Positions 1 through 9,907 of a DNA stretch of 64,000 bases are shown here, in pieces. The notes beneath the pieces were generated by a model. The model searched no databases. It was not told the DNA's origin and saw only the letters and a program-made list of their open reading frames with translations. Source of the DNA: a virus. Within the stretch, counting starts at the first letter, position 1. The number at the start of each line of letters is the position of its first letter. The position numbers were made by a program, and so were the translations under genes. The stretch covers positions 32,001 through 96,000 of the IMG/VR virus record IMGVR_UViG_3300017917_002108, one strand, 5' to 3'.

Positions 1-170
1 TTAACATCGGCATCTGCCTTGACACCTTCTACTGCTATTTGTACAGCAGCTTTAGCATCTTGTGCATCAACCTTGCCATCCTGATTTACATCAAAGCCTT
101 TGCTGTTACGGTTATAGTACCAAACGGCCCCTACTGCTAAGACTACGATTGCTATGAGAAGTAATTCCAT
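1..170 (-). CDS. Membrane-anchored protein with EF-hand/dockerin-like Ca-binding loop (partial, runs off window start)
   Basis: Not in ORF track; manual translation MELLLIAIVVLAVGAVWYYNRNSKGFDVNQDGKVDAQDAKAAVQIAVEGVKADADV...; AAGGAG SD upstream; N-terminal TM and DxNxDGxxD loop. Confidence 0.75.
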   Translation of the reverse strand, partial: MELLLIAIVVLAVGAVWYYNRNSKGFDVNQDGKVDAQDAKAAVQIAVEGVKADADV

Positions 171-190
171 GAGTTTTTTCTCCTTGTAGG

Positions 191-721
191 TTATTTATTA
201 ACTGCTGATAAAATACTAATTTTATGAGCCCCGTTAGAGGGCATAATTCTCAAATTATCTATAATTGGCTCTAGATCTGCTGAAAACCAATGATGTTTAT
301 CAGCATAAAAAGCTTCTAGTATCTGTGTCATTTCTTGTTTAACTGCTAGATGTGCCGGACTCTGATCCCAAGAATTTGAAAAGTATTTGCTGTCAATTAG
401 ATGGTCATAGTCTTCGTTTAATTTGATACAGACGAATTCAGCAGTATTTTTGTAGAATTCAAATATATGTTTTATATGTTTATTGATTTCCCAACCACTC
501 ATAATTAGGACATCGTATTCGTCTTGATAAAAATTAATGTAATCGCTGATATAAGCCAAAGTTTTTTCTATCGTAGATTCGTAATATAATCCAGCATCTT
601 GTACTTTGGTACCTAACATCTGCTCGTAGATACTATACTCCGCTCGAGAATAAGCAGCAATTAATCTCTCTATCACTAGATGTTTGGTTCCCGAATTGCC
701 CACAGCAAAAATTATTTTCAT
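191..721 (-). CDS. Hypothetical protein, possible degenerate P-loop kinase fold
   Basis: 176 aa ORF with AAGGAG SD; N-terminal IIFAVGNSGTK resembles a degenerate Walker A. Confidence 0.5.
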   Translation of the reverse strand: MKIIFAVGNSGTKHLVIERLIAAYSRAEYSIYEQMLGTKVQDAGLYYESTIEKTLAYISDYINFYQDEYDVLIMSGWEINKHIKHIFEFYKNTAEFVCIKLNEDYDHLIDSKYFSNSWDQSPAHLAVKQEMTQILEAFYADKHHWFSADLEPIIDNLRIMPSNGAHKISILSAVNK

Positions 722-764
722 ATTAGGCTCCTTGCTAATATAATTATTCTGTCCTAAAAAGACA

Positions 765-771
765 ATAAATA
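765..771 (+). promoter_or_regulatory. T4-like late promoter core (ATAAATA), 4 nt before sod ATG
   Basis: Similar to T4 TATAAATA; motif recurs before many structural genes in this window. Confidence 0.6.
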
Positions 772-775
772 TTTC

Positions 776-1336
776 ATGACCTTACATTTTATACGATCAT
801 TAACAGAAACTTCAGACAAACGAGAAATCTATCAGGACAAGCTCAAATTTGATAAAAAAGAACTAGAGCCTGTAATGAGTGAAGCTACGGTCAAATACCA
901 TTACGACGGATTGGCCAGCAAATATTCCGAGCGTTATAATAAGGGCGAAGGCGATCCAGATTTTAACTACGGTGGCGCCATGCTACACAATATTTTCTTT
1001 GCCAACTTAACCCCACCTAGAGCAGCTAATAAACCAGAGGGGCTCAGTAAATCTATCATAGATGAAAAACATGGCAGCTTTGACAAATTCAAAGCAGAAG
1101 TTGAAAAAACTGCTATGTCAATACAGGGCAGCGGTTGGCTATATATGGATACCACCGGTGAAATAAAAACCATTAGCAATCACGAATACAAGAAGAACAT
1201 GAAGATTGCTCTGTTGATAGATTGGTGGGAACACTCGTGGGCCTTAGACTATCAGCAGGACAAAGCCAAGTATCTAAACAACATTTGGCGTATCATCAAT
1301 TGGGAAACCGTTGATATTAGACTACAAGGAGCATGA
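776..1336 (+). CDS. sod: Fe/Mn superoxide dismutase (divergent)
   Basis: LEPVMSEATVKYHY, MLHNIFF, QGSGW, DWWEHSW metal-ligand motifs. Confidence 0.88.
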   Translation: MTLHFIRSLTETSDKREIYQDKLKFDKKELEPVMSEATVKYHYDGLASKYSERYNKGEGDPDFNYGGAMLHNIFFANLTPPRAANKPEGLSKSIIDEKHGSFDKFKAEVEKTAMSIQGSGWLYMDTTGEIKTISNHEYKKNMKIALLIDWWEHSWALDYQQDKAKYLNNIWRIINWETVDIRLQGA

Positions 1337-1337
1337 T

Positions 1338-1454
1338 ATGTTAGAAACATTATTTTGGTTAGCGTTAGGCGCATTTATTGGTTGGAATTTTCCTCAACCA
1401 GAATTTGCAAAAACTATACAGGCTAAAATCGTAACAATTTTTTCAAAGAAATAA
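1338..1454 (+). CDS. Small 38-aa membrane protein
   Basis: Not in ORF track; MLETLFWLALGAFIGWNFPQPEFAKTIQAKIVTIFSKK; AAGGAG SD; fills the sod-iscU gap exactly. Confidence 0.7.
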   Translation: MLETLFWLALGAFIGWNFPQPEFAKTIQAKIVTIFSKK

Positions 1455-1455
1455 C

Positions 1456-1860
1456 ATGGCGTATTCAGACAAAGTAATCGATCATTACGAGAACCCTCGA
1501 AACGTAGGTAGCTTTGCCAAAGACGAACAAGGCATTGGCACCGGAATGGTGGGAGCACCTGCCTGCGGTGATGTAATGAAACTACAGATAAAGGTGGACG
1601 ATGATACAGGTATTATTACAGATGCGAAATTTAAGACGTATGGCTGCGGATCGGCTATCGCAAGCTCAAGCCTTGTCACAGAGTGGCTCAAGGGCCGTAC
1701 CCTCGACGAAGCAGGATCAATCAAAAACAGCCAAATTGCCGAAGAACTAGCATTGCCTCCCGTTAAGATACATTGTTCGATACTTGCAGAAGATGCGATT
1801 AAGGCGGCAGTAAAAGATTATAAGACAAAGTATGATATCTCTAACACCACTAGCAGCTGA
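1456..1860 (+). CDS. iscU: Fe-S cluster scaffold IscU
   Basis: MAYSDKVIDHYENPRNVG, APACGDVM, GCGSAIASSS, LPPVKIHC (HscA-binding LPPVK). Confidence 0.97.
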   Translation: MAYSDKVIDHYENPRNVGSFAKDEQGIGTGMVGAPACGDVMKLQIKVDDDTGIITDAKFKTYGCGSAIASSSLVTEWLKGRTLDEAGSIKNSQIAEELALPPVKIHCSILAEDAIKAAVKDYKTKYDISNTTSS

Positions 1861-2152
1861 AAAGGTTAAGAAAAATATAGAGCGCAGAGGTAAAGGCCAC
1901 GGTATCAAAGTAGGTATTAAGACCACAGGCTGCTCGGGATTGGCCTATACGATCGAATATGTAGATGATCCTACCCAGGAAGATATGAGTTTTGTCAGCG
2001 AAGGCGTACATGTATTTGTAGATCCCAGAGCGTTGCCCTATATCAACGGTATGACCATGGATTGGTTCAAACAGGGTTTAAATGAAGGGTTTGATTTTAT
2101 CAATCCCAATGAACGAGATCGATGCGGCTGCGGCGAAAGTTTTAGAATTTAG
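1832..2152 (+). CDS. iscA: A-type Fe-S carrier IscA
   Basis: TTGCSGLAY and CGCGESF motifs; follows iscU. Confidence 0.93.
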   Translation: MISLTPLAAEKVKKNIERRGKGHGIKVGIKTTGCSGLAYTIEYVDDPTQEDMSFVSEGVHVFVDPRALPYINGMTMDWFKQGLNEGFDFINPNERDRCGCGESFRI

Positions 2153-2429
2153 ATACTGGTAGCTCTACACTAGCGGGCATATCCCATATTTTCTTGCGTT
2201 CTACACCCTTGCGTTGTGCAAACCTCTTAGCATCACAATCTGTACAGCAGTGAAAATAATTATTGCTGAGACGTTTACTAGAGACCTTTTTTAGCTCTCT
2301 TTCAAAATTTTTATCACAATTATCACATCTAAAAACTGCTATAGTTTTTTTTCTAATATATGTATGCTCTATACCTAATTTACTGATTCTAACATACTGA
2401 CTTTGTTGTGATTTTGTTTTCAAGAACAT
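2142..2429 (-). CDS. Basic Zn-ribbon hypothetical protein
   Basis: CDNC...CTDC; TAAATA 4 nt upstream on minus strand. Confidence 0.65.
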   Translation of the reverse strand: MFLKTKSQQSQYVRISKLGIEHTYIRKKTIAVFRCDNCDKNFERELKKVSSKRLSNNYFHCCTDCDAKRFAQRKGVERKKIWDMPASVELPVSKF

Positions 2430-2461
2430 AACTTATTTACGTTAGGCTTATAAAATTTTTA

Positions 2462-2469
2462 GATAAATA
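2462..2469 (+). promoter_or_regulatory. Late promoter core GATAAATA upstream of tail/baseplate block
   Basis: T4-late-like motif in intergenic region before 2501. Confidence 0.6.
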
Positions 2470-2500
2470 CCATAGAAATCCAATTTAATCAGGATGAACT

Positions 2501-5500
2501 ATGGCACGTAAAATAATTGATATAGGTATTGTCGGCAATGACGGTACTGGTGATAGCATTAGAGATTCGTTTAGAAAAGTAAACGATAATTTTAGAGAAC
2601 TGTATAGTTCTCTCGGTTTAGGCGAGAAGCTGACCTTTATCAACCTCGACGATACTCCTGCAGATTATCTAGGGCAGGAAAATGCTATCTTATCTGTTAA
2701 TAATACTGAAACTGGTCTAGCATTCAAACAACTAGTACCAGGTTCTGGTATCAGCTTGGACTTTGCATCTAATTCCAGCGAAATTCGAATTTCTGCAGAG
2801 TTCTCTAGAGTATCGGCTGATCCTGCTCCGCAACTAGGTGGACCTTTAAATGCCTTTAGCGGTGATACCAGATATGCGATTGCTAATTTGCCGGATCTAA
2901 ACGATCCTGCAGAATTTTCTGCATCTTTCGCTAGAGTCACTAGTATATACGGCACAAACAATAACGTAGACGATCCAGATAGAGTAGCAGTTAATAAAGG
3001 TTACGCAGACAGCAAAATATCTCTAGCAGGTATAGACGGTATAGATCCGGTCACCGGAGATGCTAATCCTGCATTTGGACAGATGTCGGGTCCATTGATT
3101 TTATCTAGAGATCCTATACCAGATGATGATCTTGTTCACAATGGATTGATTGCTGCTACTAAAAGATATGTAGATAATTCCGCATTCGGTAGCAGCGTTA
3201 ATCTTTATGTTGCTACTTCAGGGCAAGATGATAGAATTGGAGTCAGCGCATCCTTACAAGGACGAGCTTTGGCCTATGCCTATAGGACCATTGAAGCTGC
3301 CTGTAAACGAGCAGAAGAAATATTATTAGAATCAAGACTAGAAATAGGTCCTTATAAAAAGCTATTGACCTTTAATCAAGGCGCAGATTTTTGTACTCTA
3401 GCAGGCATCACAGAAGCACCAGCTTCTGGATCTGGTTTCTTGGGTCATGCGTTGATGAGCGTAGATACGGCCACTGTTCGCAACGTTGGTGTGAATTATA
3501 AAATTAACGACATACTAACTATTACAGGGGGCACAGGCACCCAGCCAGCTAGATATCAGGTGCTGTCGATCACAGAAGCAGGCGGCATTATCTCAGTATT
3601 GCAATTGAGTTCTGGAGTCTATACTACATTACCTGGCTCTACAAATGTCGCTACCAGCGATAATAGTGCATTCGGAGACGGAGCAACCTTTGATTTAACC
3701 TATAAAGTAAACAATGTGATAGTAGATGCGGGAGGTAGCGGTTATGGACTGGTATCTGTTCGTATTATTCCTGCACTAGGCGATACCACTGGTTCGGGTG
3801 CTTTTGGAACTGCAGATGTTCTAAGCGGAGTGGTTCAGAGTATAACCATTACTGATCAAGGATCTGGATTTACAGATCTACCATCTGTGATCGTAAATCT
3901 ACCAAGATTCTTAATTAGAACAGATTTTTTTAGAACAGACTTTACCGGAGATGTATTAACCAATACACCCACTGCTATCAGAGGACGAGATATCAGAGAA
4001 GGTCTATATCTTAGAGGCGAGACTTCAGGAGCATTGGCTCAAATTCTAGCTCATCAGGGCGCATTGGACTCTGACGGTAACGAGATTTTTGATGTAGATA
4101 TCAAATACGGTTCATTCCAAGAAGATGAAATTATATCCTATGGCGATGTGGCCAAAAGAACGCAAATATCCATTTTGGTAGAATCTGGAATATATGAAGA
4201 GAATCTACCGATACGAATTCCTACAAATACTTCCATAGTAGGAGATGAATTTAGGCGAGTTATAATCAGACCTAAACCAGGACGTAGTTCAAGTCCTTGG
4301 GCATTTATTCACTTTCGCAGAGATCTCACTGTGGGAGAAAATAATACAGATCTGCTCACAATAGCTGATAGACTATTTGGTTACCACTACCTAACAGACA
4401 GCAGTCAACCTGTTTACCCTATCGTTAATAACAAAGGTTATTATCGTTCGGCAGCACAGCTATTGTACCTTAACAGACAATTCATTCAGAAGGAAGTCAT
4501 TGGTTGGATTGAATATCAGATCCAAAATAATATAGATCCATATACCAGTACCTTTACATATGATGCAGAATTATGTGAAAGAGATGTTGGTTTGATCATA
4601 GATTCTATGATCTTCGATCTCCGATATGGCGGATCGAACAGAAGTATTTCCGCAGCCCTTAAATATTTTGCCAACGCCAGCGGCCTAGTAGCTATTAATG
4701 ATCAATTATCAGAAACTGTAGCGGGTATAAGAAGAATTAATACTTTGGCTCAACTAGTGATTAGAAATGTAGAAGTTACAGAAATATATCAGACATCTAT
4801 CCCTCAGATCATAGACGGCGCATACATCTCCGAAGTGGGTGCGGGAGGATCATCCATTAATATATCACTGGTGACTAGCGCCAATCCTGTAGTAATCACT
4901 GCCAGCACTGCTCACGGATTATCCAACGGAGATCAAGTCTTAATCAGCGAAGTTGGCGGGACCACCGCTATCAACGGCAATGATTACTATGTTGATGTTA
5001 TCGACACAACATCATTCTATCTATACAATGATCTTGCTCTTACTGATGCAGTCGATGGTACAAACTTCGCTGCCTATACCACCGGTGGTTACATAACAAA
5101 CAACGGAGGAGTAATTGGAGCACTGACTGATCTTATAATTGATGTTATCAGTGGTTCTGCTTCTGTAAATTATCCTAAGAACAATAACGAAATGGATGTG
5201 TTCTTGTGCAATGATGCGGTTAGATTTCAAGCAGTTACCTTCCAAGGCCACGGCGGGTTTGCCATGGTGCTGGATCCGGAAGGACAGATCCTTGCTAAAT
5301 CTCCCTACGCACAGGAATGTGCATCATTTTCAAGAAGTACAGGACGTCAGACATTTGCTGGCGGTCAATATGTAGACGGTTTCACAGGAAATCTAAAATT
5401 TCGAATTCTAAGTAAAGATAGTAATACTTTTCTAAGAGTTGGTGATCTACGAAGATTACCACAATTGCCTGCTTCATTCATTGTTCGAGACACAGTATAT

Positions 5501-8500
5501 AGAATCAACTATGTTAGAGATTATGTATTTCATCCGTCCGGATCAACAGCATCTCTAGTATTAGACGAATCAACTCCTTGGCCATTTGATATATTCACAT
5601 ATAATTCTGCTATCTGTAGTAGAGATGTGGGATTAATCATAGACGGTCTAGGATATGATATAGTTCTAAATACAAACTATCATTCTAGAAAATCAGGTCT
5701 AAGTTATAGACAGGCTAATGCATCAGTGGTCATTGAAGACCAATTACAACTAACATTAGATGCTATATCCTATGCACATACCACAGCATTTGGCCTGTTA
5801 GATTCTTATCCGGCGGCACAGTCTACCGTACAATCCAGTGAACTAATAATTCTAGATATCGTAGAAAACGGTACGACATTTGCCCCTGCTCTAATTATCA
5901 CAGCTCCTACAGGTTTATCAGCTAATCTAGTCAAAGCTAAAAATCAATTAGAAAATAATATAGCTTATATAAAGGCAGAAGTTTTAGGATATATGAATAC
6001 CACATATCCAGCGTTGGGTCTAGATGAAGATAGATTTAATACCGATATTCAATATATCATAGAAGGTTTGATCTATGACCTAACCTATGGCGGAAACAGC
6101 GAAACTAGAAAATCTGGTTTGAGATTTTACGATGGAGTAGGTTCTGCCGTAGCTTTACAGATTCCTTCCGGTCAGTTAATTGAAACAAGTCAAGGTGTAT
6201 TGTATGCCAGCTATCTAGCACAACAAGTTGTTCGAAACCTTGCACCTGCGGTGACCTATTCGGCTGTTCCCAGAACTTCTGGCGCAGCAGCATCTGCCAC
6301 AGAGGCTACTTTAATAAACACCTTAGTGGCCAATGTCAACGGCATTCTACTAGGAGGTCCGGGTGCCGCGGCTGCTGAAGTGCTGCCGGACCTTACCGCT
6401 TATCCTTATACGGTCAACGATCTTAATGCTAGAACTATTCTTGTAACAGAAAAGTCAGATATACAACAGGCAGTGATAGATTATGTTGACGAAAACGCCA
6501 ATGTATATGAGGTATTGATGCCGGGCAATAGATCTATGTTAAGCAATGACTTTACACAGATCAATGACCTCGGTTATGGTATTGTGGTAAACAATGGAGG
6601 TCTGATAGAGGCTGTTTCTATGTTTACCTACTACTGCCATATATCATATTATTCTATGGGTGGTGGTCAGATACGTTCAGTGGCTGGATCTAGTGCTCAT
6701 GGAAATTATGCACTAGTGGCACAGGGTGCGGACCCACTAGAAGTTCCTACTCCGGTTACACTGTATTATAATCTAGCACAGGGCATAACCTGTTACTTTC
6801 CCTCTGGCTCATATGCTAACGCTGTAAGTGGGTTGGTTATCTTTGTTACCTACGATGACTATGTGCCTCTCGACGTCAGCGAATTAGAAATTGACCACGG
6901 ACTAGGCCAGGTGTATAGGTATCCAGTAGTATCTGTCAGCACTGCTGATCTTCCTGCAGGCGTTGCTAGACTGGGTCTAAGAAGCAGTGAGGGCACAGGA
7001 GTAGATGGACTTGCAGCAGTAGTACCAAACGGTACTAGAATGACCATAAGACAGAATGCACAGGTAGTACTCACAGGAGATGTAGTACAAGTGGCTGTGC
7101 GTCCTTCGACCGGTCTGGTACTTGCAGAAAGCGTAGATGTTTATCGTATTCTCCAGTTTGAAAATTATACTGATCCCGCCGGGGGAAGAATATTCACTAT
7201 CTCTATAGCATCACCTGCGGTAATTACCAGAACCTCACATGGTTTGAGGCCAGGTTATCAGATCAGTTTAACTACTACGGGAACACTTCCAACTGGGGTA
7301 GACACCTTAACTACTTATTATGTTGTATCTGATGGTTTCACAGCTAATTCTTTTAGAATTTCAACGACAAAAAACGGTTCTCCCATAACTACTTCAGGCT
7401 CACAATCAGGAGTTCATAGCTATATTGTAGAAGGACTGGCAAGAACTACTTTAAGAGAAAACTATAACTATGTCGATTTATCTCTGTGGAGCACACAAGA
7501 GTATAGTGGTTCGACTAACACCTGTACTATTACCATAGCGGCACCGGCTGTGGTCACCTGTGCCAGTCACGGATTTATTGCAGGGGATGTCATAAGATTT
7601 ACAACCACGGGCACATTGCCTGGTGGTATGAGTACGAATAAACATTATTTCGTCACTGCTACTCCGAGTCCGAACACATTTAGATTCACTGATGTGGCCA
7701 CAGGTGCAGGGGTTGATCTTGATACCTTTGGTACACAATCGGGTACTCATAGTGTAGGAAAAGTCAAAGGCTATGCCGGCGATAATGTATTGGCTATAAC
7801 TGCGCTAGGTACAGCTGATGCAGAAAGAGTTCTCAATACTAAATTTGTATGGAAAGGAACCACTCACACAGTAATTTCATACGAAAACGAAACTGTTACT
7901 GGTCAGCCTTATGCTAGAATAACCATAAGTCCTGCATTGTCTGACAGTGTGGTATATTTTACGTACCTTCCTACTTTAAAATCTGCTACATTAAAAGATG
8001 AACCGGGTACACTAACTATTAGAATTTCTTTAACTCGTGTTACATCACACGATTTATTAGAAATTGGTACAGGTTCTTATGCAGATACTAATTATCCTAA
8101 CGAAATCTATGGTCCTCCGGTAAATTCAATCAACGATGCCAATGAAACAGAAGAGCGAGGGGTTGGTCGAGTTTTCTATGTTACTACTGATCAATTTGGT
8201 AACTTCTCAGTAGGTCCATATTTCCGTGTAGACCAAGGCACTGGTACTGTTACTTTTGCAGCAGCTATCGCTCTAAGTAACCTAGATGGTATCGGTTTTA
8301 AACGTGGTGTACCAGTTTCAGAATTCTCTACAGACACTGGATTTTCGGATAACGCCACAGATACTGTACCTACAGAAAATGCCACTAGAGGTTATTTAGA
8401 TCGACGTTTGGGTCTTAGCCATACTGGAGATATAGTATCAGCTACTAGCCTTATTCCTGCGATAACAGGCGGATTCATGTCCTTAGACGGTCAACTGAGC

Positions 8501-9907
8501 ATGAAGGCCAATATGGATTTGGGCGGTAATAAAATAGAAAATCTCGGTGATCCTATTGGTCCTACAGATGCTGTGAACCTCCGAAGCCTTGTAGCGTCAA
8601 ATTTCCAAGAATTTACAGTGGTTGACCCCCGGGCTGGGGATCTATTGGTTTATACAGGGGCGGGCAACGATGCAGAAAATGCTTCAGTTGTAGGTGATAT
8701 TAGCCTAAGCCTGGACAGCACTGCGCATACTATTTCTGCACAGATCACACCGGGTGTCATAGTTAACACAGATATTAATTCAGCAGCAGCGATTTCTCAG
8801 AGCAAATTAAGTCTGCAGGCAGCCACTACCAGAGCTAATGCCACAGGTATCACACAAGCTGATAGAGGATTAGTGAGTTTTGATAGTGCTCAATTTGATG
8901 TTACAAGTGGTTGGGTCACCCTAAAAGATAATGGTATTACCCTAACAGATCTGCCACAGATAGCCACTAAAACTGTGTTAGGTAATTCAACTTTAATCAC
9001 AGGCAATGTCAGCGCAGTACCTTTCAGTGATGTGGTCAATGACGGTGGTGCTGTCAAGAAAAGTCAATACAGCAGCGGTACTGGATATCTCCGCAGAATT
9101 GGTTTTACATTTAACAACGACGGTGATTATTCTATTGTAGACGAATCCAGTGCTAACACACCCAGTACTTTGGTCAAGCGTGACAGCAACGGTGATTTCT
9201 CAGCCAGAAATGTCAGTGTAGAAAGATTGGTAGTAGATACAAAAACAGTATTAGATACCACAACTTCAGCCACCGGTGGTTACACTCAGGTATATGGTTT
9301 CACTGGCCAAGTAGGTATATTGATAGGCGACGGTTCAGTAGCCACAGATAAACGTTCATTTTATGATAATGACGGTCATGCATTTAGAACACAAAATGGA
9401 TTGGCCTATGCTCCTATAACCTGTTCTAGCGTACAGGCCACAGTATTAACTACTGGATCTACTGCTACAGCAGGAACAGTAACAGGCACATGGAGTCTCA
9501 GCTCAGGATCACGGTTCCAGGCTACCTATGCTGACCTAGCAGAGTACTACGAAGGCGATAAAGACTATGAAGTAGGAACTGTGTTGGTATTCGGTGGCGA
9601 AAAAGAAGTTACAGTTACAACAATGAAAATGGACAGCAGAGTGGCCGGAGTGGTCAGTGATACTGCGGCCTATACCATGAATTCAGCCTGTCCAGGATCA
9701 AAGAATTTAATTGCCTTGCAAGGTAGAGTAAAATGTAAGGTCGTAGGCAGGATCCGTAAAGGAGACATATTAGTCACTACCAGTATACCTGGTGTAGCAG
9801 GATTACCAGAAAGTCAGGCCCAGGCAGGAACTATAATCGGTAAGGCTCTACAAGACTATGATTCAGATCACATTGGCACCATTGAGGTAGCCGTAGGAAG
9901 GACATAA
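2501..9907 (+). CDS. Giant tail fibre / baseplate-attached structural protein with C-terminal intramolecular chaperone-like domain
   Basis: T4 gp9/gp10-like N-terminus (IDIG..GNDGTGDSIRDSFRKVNDNFRELY); repeated C.RDVGLIID helical units; three T..A.P.VIT...HGL/F beta units; C-terminal ADLAEYY...GRVKCKV...IGKAL domain. Confidence 0.8.
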   Translation: MARKIIDIGIVGNDGTGDSIRDSFRKVNDNFRELYSSLGLGEKLTFINLDDTPADYLGQENAILSVNNTETGLAFKQLVPGSGISLDFASNSSEIRISAEFSRVSADPAPQLGGPLNAFSGDTRYAIANLPDLNDPAEFSASFARVTSIYGTNNNVDDPDRVAVNKGYADSKISLAGIDGIDPVTGDANPAFGQMSGPLILSRDPIPDDDLVHNGLIAATKRYVDNSAFGSSVNLYVATSGQDDRIGVSASLQGRALAYAYRTIEAACKRAEEILLESRLEIGPYKKLLTFNQGADFCTLAGITEAPASGSGFLGHALMSVDTATVRNVGVNYKINDILTITGGTGTQPARYQVLSITEAGGIISVLQLSSGVYTTLPGSTNVATSDNSAFGDGATFDLTYKVNNVIVDAGGSGYGLVSVRIIPALGDTTGSGAFGTADVLSGVVQSITITDQGSGFTDLPSVIVNLPRFLIRTDFFRTDFTGDVLTNTPTAIRGRDIREGLYLRGETSGALAQILAHQGALDSDGNEIFDVDIKYGSFQEDEIISYGDVAKRTQISILVESGIYEENLPIRIPTNTSIVGDEFRRVIIRPKPGRSSSPWAFIHFRRDLTVGENNTDLLTIADRLFGYHYLTDSSQPVYPIVNNKGYYRSAAQLLYLNRQFIQKEVIGWIEYQIQNNIDPYTSTFTYDAELCERDVGLIIDSMIFDLRYGGSNRSISAALKYFANASGLVAINDQLSETVAGIRRINTLAQLVIRNVEVTEIYQTSIPQIIDGAYISEVGAGGSSINISLVTSANPVVITASTAHGLSNGDQVLISEVGGTTAINGNDYYVDVIDTTSFYLYNDLALTDAVDGTNFAAYTTGGYITNNGGVIGALTDLIIDVISGSASVNYPKNNNEMDVFLCNDAVRFQAVTFQGHGGFAMVLDPEGQILAKSPYAQECASFSRSTGRQTFAGGQYVDGFTGNLKFRILSKDSNTFLRVGDLRRLPQLPASFIVRDTVYRINYVRDYVFHPSGSTASLVLDESTPWPFDIFTYNSAICSRDVGLIIDGLGYDIVLNTNYHSRKSGLSYRQANASVVIEDQLQLTLDAISYAHTTAFGLLDSYPAAQSTVQSSELIILDIVENGTTFAPALIITAPTGLSANLVKAKNQLENNIAYIKAEVLGYMNTTYPALGLDEDRFNTDIQYIIEGLIYDLTYGGNSETRKSGLRFYDGVGSAVALQIPSGQLIETSQGVLYASYLAQQVVRNLAPAVTYSAVPRTSGAAASATEATLINTLVANVNGILLGGPGAAAAEVLPDLTAYPYTVNDLNARTILVTEKSDIQQAVIDYVDENANVYEVLMPGNRSMLSNDFTQINDLGYGIVVNNGGLIEAVSMFTYYCHISYYSMGGGQIRSVAGSSAHGNYALVAQGADPLEVPTPVTLYYNLAQGITCYFPSGSYANAVSGLVIFVTYDDYVPLDVSELEIDHGLGQVYRYPVVSVSTADLPAGVARLGLRSSEGTGVDGLAAVVPNGTRMTIRQNAQVVLTGDVVQVAVRPSTGLVLAESVDVYRILQFENYTDPAGGRIFTISIASPAVITRTSHGLRPGYQISLTTTGTLPTGVDTLTTYYVVSDGFTANSFRISTTKNGSPITTSGSQSGVHSYIVEGLARTTLRENYNYVDLSLWSTQEYSGSTNTCTITIAAPAVVTCASHGFIAGDVIRFTTTGTLPGGMSTNKHYFVTATPSPNTFRFTDVATGAGVDLDTFGTQSGTHSVGKVKGYAGDNVLAITALGTADAERVLNTKFVWKGTTHTVISYENETVTGQPYARITISPALSDSVVYFTYLPTLKSATLKDEPGTLTIRISLTRVTSHDLLEIGTGSYADTNYPNEIYGPPVNSINDANETEERGVGRVFYVTTDQFGNFSVGPYFRVDQGTGTVTFAAAIALSNLDGIGFKRGVPVSEFSTDTGFSDNATDTVPTENATRGYLDRRLGLSHTGDIVSATSLIPAITGGFMSLDGQLSMKANMDLGGNKIENLGDPIGPTDAVNLRSLVASNFQEFTVVDPRAGDLLVYTGAGNDAENASVVGDISLSLDSTAHTISAQITPGVIVNTDINSAAAISQSKLSLQAATTRANATGITQADRGLVSFDSAQFDVTSGWVTLKDNGITLTDLPQIATKTVLGNSTLITGNVSAVPFSDVVNDGGAVKKSQYSSGTGYLRRIGFTFNNDGDYSIVDESSANTPSTLVKRDSNGDFSARNVSVERLVVDTKTVLDTTTSATGGYTQVYGFTGQVGILIGDGSVATDKRSFYDNDGHAFRTQNGLAYAPITCSSVQATVLTTGSTATAGTVTGTWSLSSGSRFQATYADLAEYYEGDKDYEVGTVLVFGGEKEVTVTTMKMDSRVAGVVSDTAAYTMNSACPGSKNLIALQGRVKCKVVGRIRKGDILVTTSIPGVAGLPESQAQAGTIIGKALQDYDSDHIGTIEVAVGRT

